The translations under genes were made by a program, and so were the position numbers. Positions 37,101 through 48,900 of a DNA stretch of 64,000 nt are shown here, one piece after another (position 1 is the first letter of the stretch; each line of letters starts with the position of its first letter). The stretch is from contig SMSO01000035.1 in NCBI GenBank assembly GCA_004764695.1, forward strand, positions 1,054,001-1,118,000. The letters run 5' to 3'. The notes under the pieces are model-generated. The model saw nothing but the letters and a program-made list of their open reading frames with translations, was not told the origin of the DNA and did no database searches. The stretch comes from Schizochytrium sp. TIO01 (taxonomy: Eukaryota > Protista > Bigyra: Labyrinthulomycetes).

Positions 37101-39093
37101 TGACCTGACCTCCGGACTTAAGGTCACGCTCGAGCTTTTTGGGGCCATAGTTACAGACACACCAAAGCACAGTTTTAAGTCCAAGCATCATTGTGTTAAT
37201 CAAGGTTTTGACATCTTTGATACAATCCGTCTCAAGGACTCTGGGTTGCTCTTCTTCAAGATCAAACAAGGTCGACGTTTTTTTCTCCTTGTTGTTTTCC
37301 GATGACTTGGACGAAGTTGATGAATTGCCGGCGCCTGAAGCGGCTCCATCTATGTCAGTATTATTTAGGTTCTTCGTCCCACCATTGGCTCCCGCCACAA
37401 CATTAGCATCGGAGGGGTCTTGTGACGATATTGATGCATTTGCAGGGCCACTTGCACCAACGGAGAGTTCGTTCTCACTGTTTGTAGAACGTTTTACATC
37501 CTGCTGACTTACAAGGATAATTTCGATATCTCCATCGGTGACAGCTGCATCAGTTGAATTTTCAGCGCTTCCACTTGCAGCAGAAGTAGCAGGCGAAGGA
37601 CGAGAGGCTTCATAGTAATAGTAAGAGTCCATAGGCTCGGTCTCTTTTGCATTTTCTGCACTGCGTCTGCGTTCTTCCTGACGGCGAGTTTCTTCTTGAA
37701 CTACTTCAGGAATGTAGTATCGTAGAGAGCCAAACTTTTGCACAATAGTATGCAATATGTGTACAAGCAATGGGCGGCTTTCGTTACGTTCAGGCTCTCT
37801 GTTGTGGAAAATACTGTCAACAAGGTTCAACAGAAGCCGTACTGAAGTGCTTTGAATGCTGAGGGGAAGGCTTGCATCATGGATGTTGCGACTAAAGATA
37901 TATATGACCTTGGCAAGCTGACGCATAGTCAGACGAGTACGGACATGATGAATAAGATCGGCCAATGTAGAATATGCTAACGGCATCAGCGGTTGCTCCC
38001 GAGCAGTTACCAAGGGGTGAGCTCCAAGTGGAGTCTGAGTAATGTTAATGCTATTGGGGGGGATCCAATAGTTTCCACCTAGAAGGACTGATTCATCGAG
38101 AAATTGGTCGACGAGGTTGAAGAAACCGTTTCGAAAAGGAGTCGCAAGTATGTGCCGAGTTGCAACCAAGAGTTCCTTACGAGTTGAAATGGCGTGCGGA
38201 GGGCATGCTTTAAGTAAGCCAACAACACTCTTACTTATGTCAGCCTGCATGTCCCGCAGTCGCTCCTGGTAGGGTGGGGAGCGAATGAGGAATGTCAAGA
38301 AGGTTAAAGTTTTCACTTGACCTTGAACGAGTTGACGATAAGCGTCACAGCCATTTGTGTCACTAACATGAGGAGGCTGTGGCCTGAACGATATTGAGCG
38401 TACCATTGGCGGAAGGAGCTTGGCCATAATTGCCTCAAATTCTCTACTATGGAGACGAATAAAGTAAATCAGATTCATGGGCACCTCACCCATTACCTTA
38501 AAAGATTCCCATGCAGGCCGTTGCACTGACTGAATCTGCAAACACTTACCCCCAAGTTGTGGTTGCAAATATTTGGCAATAGTCCTTTCCATGTGACTAA
38601 AAAGTCGGCCAACAAAGTTATATAAAGTCTGCAGAGTCGCCTCGTCCGAAGCCAGTAGGAAAGTTTTAAGGAGGTCAGAAATGATGCTGAGGCAAGTCAA
38701 TGCGTTTTCCTCGTTATCCTGCCCGAGAACATTAACCAAGGCACTAAGGATTCGAGGGACAACTGAGCGAAGGGTTTCATTTTGAGGCAGGCGATGCAAA
38801 ATCTGTAAAGAGAGGTTCCGAATTTCCTGTTTGGGACCGTTCGTGAATTCAGGGGGAATCTGTTGCAGAAGTCTGTCAATACGAGGTAAAAAGAGCTTGA
38901 GAAAGTGAGGATATAGGCTCGTGTGCGAGGTCTCCGATGTGCGCTCTTTGATTTCCTTAAGAGCTACGATGCAATCATCCAGTGCTCCCTTGTTGGCTTG
39001 GGTAATATCGAGGCGGCTCGCTAACAGCTGCAACGCTGCCAGAGCTCCTTGAGCTCCACTCGGTGTACCTGCACCTCCTTGTTGACGTTGCAT
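22182..39093 (-). CDS. TRRAP: Transformation/transcription domain-associated protein (TRRAP/Tra1; PIKK pseudokinase subunit of SAGA/NuA4), ~5636 aa, interrupted by one +1 frameshift at ~29584-29586
   Basis: N-ORF (39093-29548): Tra1 HEAT motifs QEIRNLSLQILHRLP, DNEENALTCL, QVKTLTFLTF, TRKELLVATRHIL, LAYSTLADLIHHVR, LLLNLVD, RKELIKFAW, WAYVNI, IILQVFVALL, LVRKSLDLLVPAL. C-ORF (29660-22182): FAT region (CARQLGQWD, WLPWISQL, YPNAVYFTLRS), a PI3K-like pseudokinase without the catalytic DxxxxN/DFG, VPFRLTRNL, and FATC ERLANMDATWLPWF*. Confidence 0.95.
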
Positions 39094-40328
39094 TTTCCCT
39101 TAGTTATTGTCGTCACCAACGTAGACACAATTATAACACCTTGAGAATACCTTTTTTCTTCAATACTGAAGAGAAATCTCTACTGCCAGAATTTCGAGTG
39201 TCTTTGCCTATATCTATCGAGATGTTAGTGCTCTAGCTACAGATAATTTAACTCTATGCCAAGTGTCCACCAGAAGCTTGCGTATCTAAAGACAGTTGCC
39301 CTTTTCGGGTGGCGACTGGCAGGGTAATCGACGGTTCAAAGCAAAATCCTCGTGTATCTAAAGTGAGGTGAGATCGTGCCAAAAAAAAAAAGACGAGCTC
39401 CTCGCAAACCCTGCGTTAGGAATTTGAGTTGCAATTAGGATGTCTTACGTTTTCGCGACTCCTGGGTATCACGCCAACCACGCCCCGTTTTCCAGCGTTC
39501 AAGTTCAAGAGGAGAAGGTGGAATGGCCAGAGTCTAATAGTGTCAATCAAAGAGGACTCGTAGTTGACGGATGGATGGTGCCGATGCTTTTGGCTCTATC
39601 CAAAAAGCTCAGCGTCCAATCGACGGCAAGCGCTGAGAGTCCGAACTCAGAGCACTTTAGGGCGCCGAAAGGCCCTCTCACCACGTCGCGCCTCGGTCCT
39701 CAGTACAAGAGGCCGAGCGCTAGCAGAGGCCAACGTTGGTTTGATTTCTGGTCTCCTCTATTGATTTTCCTTGCGCCGGTCCATAGTAGATTTGTATGAA
39801 GGGATTTTAAGCAAATTGACAAACTAACTACATAAATACTATTAGGTAGTACGGGGCCTCGTTGTTTTTTAATTTCTGTGACTGGAAAGAAAATGGTAAG
39901 GAGCGAAAGGACTACCTCGACATGTTCGACAGAATTCTGCCTTTGAAAATTGGGTTCGATCACATAAGCTTTACAAAGGGTTGAAAACTGAATAGAATTC
40001 GATGATGGCTGTGCAGAGAAGAAAGTTTCATAGATATAGTTCTGTTTAGAAGGCTAAGAAAGCAGCTACTTTCAAGGACCGAAATTGCAATTTACGCGAT
40101 TAAGCGAGGTGATATTTTCGTTTTAGTTTTGTTCTTTGGGAGGCGTGCACAGAATATGATGATCATGTGAGGCAAATAGCGAGCTAATGTTTTGAAATGC
40201 GTTTTGATTTTACAGAAATAAAAGAAAAATCTAAAGTAGAAGGGGGGATGAGGTTCTTGCAAATACATATTTGAGAGCTAAATACGCCTAGACCTATGAT
40301 CAGTGAATTACAATTCTACAATGCTGCA

Positions 40329-42732
40329 TTAGTACGACAGTTGGTGCTGCTGTACCATGGACAAAGACTGGATGAGTTTATCTATCCGCTCTGTTAGACC
40401 AGACCGATTGGGGAGTAGACTTTGAGAAAAGGCAATACTCAACGAGCGTAAATAGGCAATGACGCTTGGGAGCGGGGTTCGCTCCAGAGAAGGAAGACAT
40501 TCATGTTGACTCAACAAACGCTTCCATTGCGAGGTAGGGGCGCCATTGCGAAGTTCAATTTCTGCAACCTGAGCCAGTGGTTGAAGGTCAGCATCCAAAA
40601 GCGCATATTCCCGAAACATGTCAGAAATACTTTCAACACGTGGATTCGCGGATGTGCGTTGCACTATATCATTAAAGAGGAACGGGCTAGAATTGGCGGC
40701 CTCTGCAGCTAAATTAGCTGTCCACGGGGAACCTTCTATGGGTTTGGGGATTGTCCCAAATCGTGCTAGCAGGGATTCCTCATCCTGCCGGTCTGTGTAG
40801 TTCCGATTTTAGGTCGATATGAAATGGAGAATTTCTAATGTGCTCAGAGCCAAGCTTCACAGCAACTGAAATTTCTTCAGCCTGTCGAAACGGTATGACT
40901 AAGTGAACTTTGGCTCGCTCACGTTTCCCACCTCGCATTCGAACCACTTTACCAGGTCCGACAGGAGGCAAGAGTTCCACTGCAAATGCAGATTCATATT
41001 CCTGGTCTTCTGGGGGTGGTGGCAAACGATTGAGTAAAGTATCACGCCGCTGGATAGAAAACACAACGAATGCCACATCTTTTTCTTCGTTGCGCTCTAC
41101 TTTGAGATCTTCCATGGTACAATGCAGGGGGCTCTCTCTTCCAGGATCTACCCTGATCCGAAGCGGGGAGCCATACACGGGATATCCACAGTATTGAACA
41201 TGAAGCCTGTAATCTGCTGCTTGTCTTAATGTTGGCTTAATAAGAAAGTCCATGGCTTTTTCATGGACAATGGTCGCGACCTCAAGCATTTGGAGACCCA
41301 CGAACTCCATATCTAAGCGATTCTTAGGGGTTCCTACGCGTACGACTCTCGCCGTAAGACACTTCAAGAGTGCGTCGGTGTCATTTGGGAGCCTTTCAGG
41401 CAGAAGGCACCGAAGCCGGTATTTGTAAGGCTGGGAAGATGCGGTCACAAAGTGGGGGCCATCGATAATACATGCAAGTGCGCTAGCAGCTTTTTGAGCT
41501 AGAACGCGTTTGGAGCTCTTTGAAAGAACTTGCTTCGCGCAGAATTGAGCGATACTCGATGCCGATGTCCATCGTAGAGGGTTGGGTATAATTCCAGATA
41601 ACGCAGTATTCTGGTCATCAAGCCAGGCCCGAAGAGAATATGCCCACGCATATGTCATCGCATCAGATTGACCTGTCATTCGAAGAATGACTTCTGGCTG
41701 TTTTGCCAACATAGAGTCTGTAGATTGATATACAGGACTGCATCCACTTAGGCGAACTTCGAGCTTTTCCTCTGGCTTTGGCCTCGCAAGGCGAACCTCA
41801 GGTGTTTCATTTAAAAGAGGCGACCAAAGGAACATGATTGCACCTCGCGACGGTGCCGAAAGTTCTGCCAATCCATCAGGGCCAAGAACGACGTATGTTT
41901 CGCGCCATTTTGCGGAAAGGGGAGCAGAGTGAACAAGAAGGTAGCCACAGCAAGGCAAGATGTTTGGCTTGGGTGGCCAATCCAGGCTATCATTTTGATT
42001 CCCGCTTGTCTGCTCCTTGTCATTATATTCAGCGCGTCCTTTCTGGTCAGGGCGAGTTGTAGTTTCCAAGACGGCTTTGTTGGGTTTATTTTCATTCTGT
42101 TTGTCATGGCGAATTGTGGTTCTTTGTTTCAAATTCAGAGTGGCGGAAGGATGTAATGAGGATGTTATTGGTTCACTTCTAAGGTCCGAAATCTGGGAGG
42201 AATTCTGTTTGTGACCTTTTGAAGGGGGGGGCAGTGCCAAAGGTGCTCGCAAAGGCGGTAGGAGGGCATCCAAGCTGATTTCCCTCTCGTCAATTACAGC
42301 CATAAGAGACATGGCCCAACTCGCGGCTGCAAGAACATCATCGGTCATCGGAGCTGTGCTACGGCCAGCAGAATTACAACGAAATATAGCAACATCATCA
42401 AAAGGCCCCAAGGTCACCTCAAACGTTCTCTCGCCATCGTTGTAATGAACGGCTCTGATCACTCCCTGGAAAAGACGTTCTGCGTCCGGATTTGGTGCAT
42501 CGTGCACCGATATTTGCCTCAAATTGTAATTGATGACACCATAGCACCTTCTCCACTGTTCTAAGCCATCCCCGGACTGTTCAAGGACGTCAAGCCACCC
42601 CCCGTCCCGAAGGTATGTGGCCTCTGCCACCAGTGAGCTTTCGTTGTGCTTTGGACCTTTGTCAAAGAGGCTAAAGTTCTTGACACCTGTGTTGGTGTCA
42701 TTGTGCCCGTACAGCACGAGCTTGCCGCTCAT
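40329..42732 (-). CDS. Protein with PH-like domains and filamin/ABP280-type Ig repeats (~800 aa if the +1 frameshift at ~40807-40810 is repaired)
   Basis: Probable ATG at 42732 (MSGKLVLYG). PH-like blocks GWLDVL...QWRRCYGV...ASWAMSL and GYLLV...KWRETYVVL...AWAYSL. Filamin-like ends YRLHVQYCGYPVYGSPLRIRV and ISVAVKLGSEHIRNSPFHIDL. The +1 frame continues without a stop (NRNYTDRQDEESLLARFG...) into track ORF 40329-40664. Confidence 0.7.
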
Positions 42733-45175
42733 GACGAAGAAGAGTGCCAAAGTCTTATCTACACTATTGAGTAGCCAGAATTCAAACAAATGCAAACTCA
42801 AGGCAAGTGTGCCTGTTGTGTGGCTTATGTTTTTCACACATGCAGCTAGATCGGTAAAGTCTTTCCTTGCACGGTCTCGCTTGCTGTCGGTCGTATTCCA
42901 TTTCAAGAGGACATATTTTAAAGTCTCTTTTCGAGGTATATAAGTCATTTATTTAAATGAGATCACACCAAATCGACCAAATCGAAAATCGAAGTGTAAG
43001 TTGTACCAGGCCATCCTCAAATTCATTATAAATAATTGTGAAATTCTTTTGGATTAGTTCGGGAGTGCCGTATACCCAATGCAGTTTCCTGCAAAAAAGA
43101 AAAACAGCGTGGTTTCTTCTAGGTACTGAAAACAAAATGCCAGTAAAAGGCCCTTTATCTGGTATTGTAGCCGTTGATAAGAAGGGGTCCCCTGGGTGGG
43201 TGCGCTACTAGTTCGAAATCTGGGCGTGTGGCAAGAATTAAAATAAACAGTGTCGGCATTTTCAATTGATCTGATCCCTTAAGCGCCATACAGCCACCTT
43301 TGTTAGGTTTTCTCCACGAGTCATTGCCCAACTGAAGCTGGCGGGGTCGGAGTTGTGGAGGAGGACAACGCACATGGAATTTTCAAAGTTGCGTGAACTT
43401 GAAATTCGGAATGCCAAAGTATTTTCTGGAACACTCAATGGACATTGCAGGTTAGAGATTTGGGAGCTCAACTGGCAAATCTTATTAATTGAAAGTAGAG
43501 CCAAAGCAAGGTAACTCTAGTTCTTCATAATTTCGTGTGTGAAGACCTATAGAATGTCTACTTCTGGGAAATCATATTCCAAAATTGAATTTTGATTTAC
43601 CCCTTCTTTTAAGCTGCAAAAGCCTATTCTACTTATGAAATTAATAATTTGAAGCGACCAGAAAGAAGATAATCTTAACTTCAGTTTACTCAAAGTAAAC
43701 GGTTCGACTCTTAAAGTTTGGAGCGGCATGGTACGGACCGAAGAAACATAGAAGACAAGGTATATATTATATATTTAAAGATGTGTAACTTTTATGTGAG
43801 AAGTAAGTATTGGTAATAAATACATAGTGTACATTATAAGATAGAACTTCGCTGAAGTGATTGGAGAGAGACACCCTATATTTCAAGAAATAGTTCATTG
43901 GACTAAAACAGCTCTATCAAAGTATACTTGACAACCGTATGTGCTGACCAATTGGAAAAGCTATCATCTTGCAATTTTAAGATACATTCTTAATGAATCA
44001 ATCACTGCTACATAGGCAAGTACCTGCCAGCACTTGCAGTTCAACGCAATATAATACCTATTAATGTACTTATGAAAGTGTAAATACGTGCTTCGTATGT
44101 GATGAGACCAACCTAAAACCAAAATGTGACAACGGCGTCAATCGTTGGTTGGCGGTTCAAACGTTATTATTTCTGGCTGGACTGGGCGCGTGTCAGCTTC
44201 CGGGCAGTGCTACGTGTTTGCCAAACTGTCATCTCAAAAAATAAAATTACTGGTGTTAGTATCTTCGAAATGGGGAGACATTACCAGCGCCACTCGGAGA
44301 CATTCACCCACCGGCTCGCTTCCTTGAATCGATCTGGTTTATACTCTTCCGTATACGTACCCCAGTATATCTTTGTATGCAATGACAAATAGAGTCGCCG
44401 AGTTGGTTTACAAAGTACCTACTGAGTAGGTAGTACTAAGTTACAGCTTCACTCGGAAGCGGAGTAACAAGCAGACTCGCATCGTGCTATCGTTCGAGGA
44501 GGTGGATAACTTGACTTTATGTAGCACAAAGCTCCAGCAGGAATAGGCACAGATGATTCTGAATTGGTGGCTATGAGCCTAAACAGGTTGAGATTTCCAA
44601 AAACAGCTGCTAACTTCTCCCATCATACCTGTGTAGGTGTTATAAATGTTTTATGATGACAGTCTTAAATCTTCGCAAATGTCCTTCAGTTCTTCACCTA
44701 CATCAACTGAGGAAAGCTCAAACTCTATCTTCCTGTTGTATTAGCGTCATACTCGCTCAATGTTTGTCAAACCGACGAGCCGTTTTGATCACTCTTTCAG
44801 AAAATGTAAATAGCATATTTTGTTACATAGTAGCATCTTAAAGAGGGTGTTCATGCACATGCCATTTGCTGATACGGACCGCCTTTAAATTTCGTACGCA
44901 TAAAAAAGCAATAACAAGCAATTCATGACCTCGACTAGTTAGGTCTAGTAGGTGCTAGCGCCAGTGTTCTCCTTCTCTTCAGAAATTGTACAATCTACAG
45001 CCTGAGCTTGAGCAACGATTTAGAAACCATGATGGTAGGGACCAAGGCCGCTCTGCCGCGCAGAGGGCGTGGAAAGCTTTCGAGAGATCACGATGCTCTG
45101 GTCGTCTCCCGCGTCTCTAGGTATCTTAGATATCAATCTGCCTCCCAGGTACTATCTACGCCAGACAGACAATTT

Positions 45176-45906
45176 TCACGTGCCTGCTGCAGGAGTGAGT
45201 CATCATGGAGACTAGGCTAGGCCTGCTGGTGGTTTAGTGGCTTATCGCGATCTTCAGTCAGGTCGTCTGAGATCCCGCGTCTCCAAGTCGGCGCAATGCA
45301 ATCCGGGGCAAGACCAGACTGTCAACTTGTGCAGGAGGCGTTGGTAAAATATGTGTGGTGACTTGGAGAGAGGTTCTGGTGTGGCAACTGCTGCTGGCGT
45401 TCAAGGTACCTATTTTCGTTCGTCGTGGTGCTTAGATTGTTTTGCTAAAAGACTTCGGACTTGAAGACGCCATGCCGCCGTCACCTAACTCCCTACTGGA
45501 TTTCGGGGCGAAATTCTGAGCACTTGCGCGGGATCATGTTTTCGTCGACTACACGCTCTCCCGCATTTCCACGAGTTAATTAGTGATTCACGTGCAGTGG
45601 AAGTAAACGCTAAAAGCTAGTTCTTACTGCCTACGTGCAAGTCTTTTTTCCTAGAACTTCAACCGCAACCTTTGAGCCGCTGGGTGGCCTCGCGAGGTCG
45701 ATCCACTCGCGGGCCTTGCTTGTTTGAGCTTGCTCGGCAGTGTCTTCGAACGCTATCTACTGTCGAACCTTCAACGCCAACTTCAACTGATTAGAGCGTA
45801 CCATCGATCGTCAATTTTATGTGATTATCTTCTTCGCTAAATGTTTATGCGATTTAAGCGCCGAGATCTTCTCGTACTATAGCACTCGAAGCGATCGATC
45901 ACGTGC
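45176..45906. promoter_or_regulatory. Candidate E-box/G-box cluster (three TCACGTGC) plus a TGAGTCA element
   Basis: Exact TCACGTGC at 45176-45183, 45588-45595 and 45899-45906; TGAGTCA at 45196-45202. All lie in non-coding DNA between divergent genes. Confidence 0.3.
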
Positions 45907-48900
45907 CTTTCCCATCCCACTCTGGCTGGCACCAATGTAAAACCTTTGTGCTGGACTTTACTCTGCCGCTCTGACATTGCGGGACACCGGTCGCCTCGAA
46001 GTCTCGCAAGGTCAGTCTCAAGCCCATTACCTTCGCTGCATCGGCCTGATTGAAGGAGTTGATGATGACGATGACGACGATTAAAAATAACTTCGTTCTC
46101 CATGATCGTTGGCCGTGATGAAGTTTTTGTAGGTTTTGTCCTGCTTATTTTGTTTTTTATTCGAGCCCGAGTCCTATAAATAATCTGGAGAAACAGAAAA
46201 ACAGAAAAATAAATAAAAATTCTTTGCTTTTGCCGAAGAGCGGTCTTTTATGTGGAAAATGGGTGCTTTTGTTTGCGTCACGCTGCTGTCACAGTCTTTT
46301 CGACGACAGTCTATTCGTTTTGGGCCTGGGAATTGCAGTCGTGCAACGATTAGATACTCAGGTGCTTGATATCCGATCTAGCCAAATACTCCACCCCCTC
46401 GAGTATGATTGATTGATTGTCTTGTTCGTATGACACGAGTGCTTTCTAACAATCAGGGTGCCCCTGCGTATTTATTTAACAGACAGGGTCCGTGGGTTTT
46501 GGATGAAGCGAATTTTTTTGGTTCAACCTGGTGCTCGGCTATTCTTTGCACGTGTGCATTGTCCAGCTTTAGGCAACTGGCTCGTGGCTTAGACACCCGC
46601 TGTCATTTCAGAAAGAAAAACCTGAGTGATCGATTTTGAGCCTCGGGCTGTTGGTGTGCTCACGTTGCACTACCTTTATCCAACTGCGTGGCAATTGTGC
46701 TGTAAAATCGAGTAAAGTCGAGCAGTTAATGGTTGCGCATGTAGCGGAATAGCTCTCTAGGTAATATGATAGAGCCTTGGTATCCTGGTCATTGTATTGC
46801 AAAGCAATGAAGTTTATACAGTGATTGCTTTCACTCTTTTTAATAGCTTTATTAGTTAGAATACCTATGACTAGTGTTATGTGGCACCTAAAGCCTACGA
46901 GCAGAAGTGGTGAAGAAGCGAAGGGGAAGATAGTAACCAGAATCATTGAGCAAAAATAATGATCGATCAATTCGCTTTTCAGCTGTTGCTGTTCAATTCG
47001 GTTGGGTATACATGCAGTACTGCCATTTGTTGGTGTTGTGATAGTTTTCGAGGAAGACATTCATTCATTTCGGTGCCTGCCAGGCACCCTAACTTCGAAC
47101 TTCGTCTAGCAAGGTGATATTGGTGGCATTACCCATCTTTGTTGAATTAAGACATCCAATCCAACTGAGGCAGAGTTTTCCTTTCCTCCTTGCGTTCGAG
47201 AAGACCATCGCAAACTTTACAAAATATGCAACTGCTGCAGCATTCAAGGTGGAGAACAACGCTAACATTTTCCTGGCATCTCAAAAAGAAAAAGAAAAAA
47301 GAGAAAGAAAAAAATCTATGCAAAGCCTACGATTCGAAGCACCATCGTCCTACAGAAGCAAAGAATGCAAAGTCCAGCGCGGAGGCACAAATATTCATCA
47401 ACCACGAAGCATCCTTACTGTTTCTAGCCTCATATCAATTAAACAATGCGGGTCACCCTCAACTCTTACTTCTTTTGATAATGGTTTCTGTGAAAGCGCG
47501 CGGTGCACCAAGGTCCAGGCCTAAACTGCAGTGAAAAGTGAGCGGTGCATTGTGCGACTAGCAGGGGAAAACTTGATCGTGCTGTGTGCTATATATTATA
47601 ATGCTGGTTCACAATGCTCCTCCATTGTTTGTCTTCTGCACCCCATCGTGTCTTCGGCCATTACGTGACGTTGAAAATGCCCCCCTGGAGCTTGAGCAGC
47701 GCCATCAGTAGACGGGCTTGATGTAATATACATGGGGTGTGCACGCGCTGGGCATCCTCTCATTCAAACGGAAGTTGAAAGAATTATTCTTTTAATTTTG
47801 GCCCTTTTTACTAGTATTTCTAGGCCTGTTTGAGTTGTTTTATTTATTGATTTATTGGTTTATGAAATGACAATGGTAATTGTTTAAATTAGAAGATTAA
47901 AGTATAATAAAGTATAGTAATAATAAGTTGAAAGGACTTTAGTAAAACTTAAAACCTTTAATTAATTAATTTAATTTCAAGTAGACTCGGAAGTCGAGGA
48001 GGAATTGAAGGACTCCAAGTGGAGCGCGCTATGAAATCCAGGCCGAGTTTCTCATTTTGACAACCAACACCATTCAGGGGGCTCGTGGCAGAGAGCTAAA
48101 CAACCGCTTGATGAGATAAACCGTCGAGATAGACCATAACCAACTAGGGCAATTCTAATTGAACGATACATGCCCAGCTTGAACCTGCACGATGAAGAAC
48201 GATGTAGTTGGGTAAAGGGGATCTGACCTGACAACAATGGTTGGGCTGACACAAAGCTACGACGAGTAATTAGACCAAGTCACCCGTCGAATGCTGCATT
48301 TTGCATTGTCATGCTTTGCAACCAAATGCAACGTAGATGCATCACAACCGCAACTCATCAATGTAATGCAACAGGTGCGCGATGCAACACAACAAACGGT
48401 TCGAGGCAGCACTAAATTTCGGCCTCGTCGAATTCTGAGCAGCTTCTCCTCTAGCCCTTGGCCCGCGCGCTGGTCTCTGTCTCAGATAGAACTCAGGGAG
48501 CGGGCACGAACCCACCAACGGCGGCTCACGCCCCAGTTTGCTCCTTCCACCAACGAGCGAGCGAGTGAATAGGTGAGCGAATGAGCGAGTGAGCGAGTGA
48601 CTCGGAGCATCCGAGACAAGAGTGGCTTAGCTTTCGTGTTTTGGCCAGCAGGTAGGTAGGTACTAGTTGCTTTTCGACTTCCCAGCAACCTGTTGACCTT
48701 TAAGTTGTTCAAGTTCGAGTTGGCAAATTCCACTCAGTTAGGCACCGTTGATCATCGTACATAGCACAACTAGAAACTTTTTACCCATGGAGGCTTTGCG
48801 GTCTTTACCAAGCTGAGGAAAGTGCCTGGAAATCGGACATTGTCGAAAACACTCGCAGAATTTGGAGCTCAAAAGCTGCTTCCTATGTCTCATGTCGTGC

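Noticed and set aside
2756-39093. DDB1, Pirh2-like and TRRAP as a functional 'DNA damage/chromatin' cluster
   Set aside because: The interactions are known from mammals, but the genes are separated by unrelated DNA and nothing in the sequence indicates co-regulation.
42733-42948. 72-aa N-terminal extension of the PH/filamin ORF given by the track
   Set aside because: Looks like untranslated upstream sequence; ATG 42732 preferred, though not proven.
43695-43715. GGTTCGA T-loop-like motifs (also ~39953 and 48398)
   Set aside because: No flanking T-stem, D-arm or acceptor stem; not tRNAs.
46608-47534. 150-, 136- and 114-aa ORFs in the 43-50.8 kb spacer
   Set aside because: AT-rich, no motifs, composition unlike the real genes; consistent with chance ORFs.
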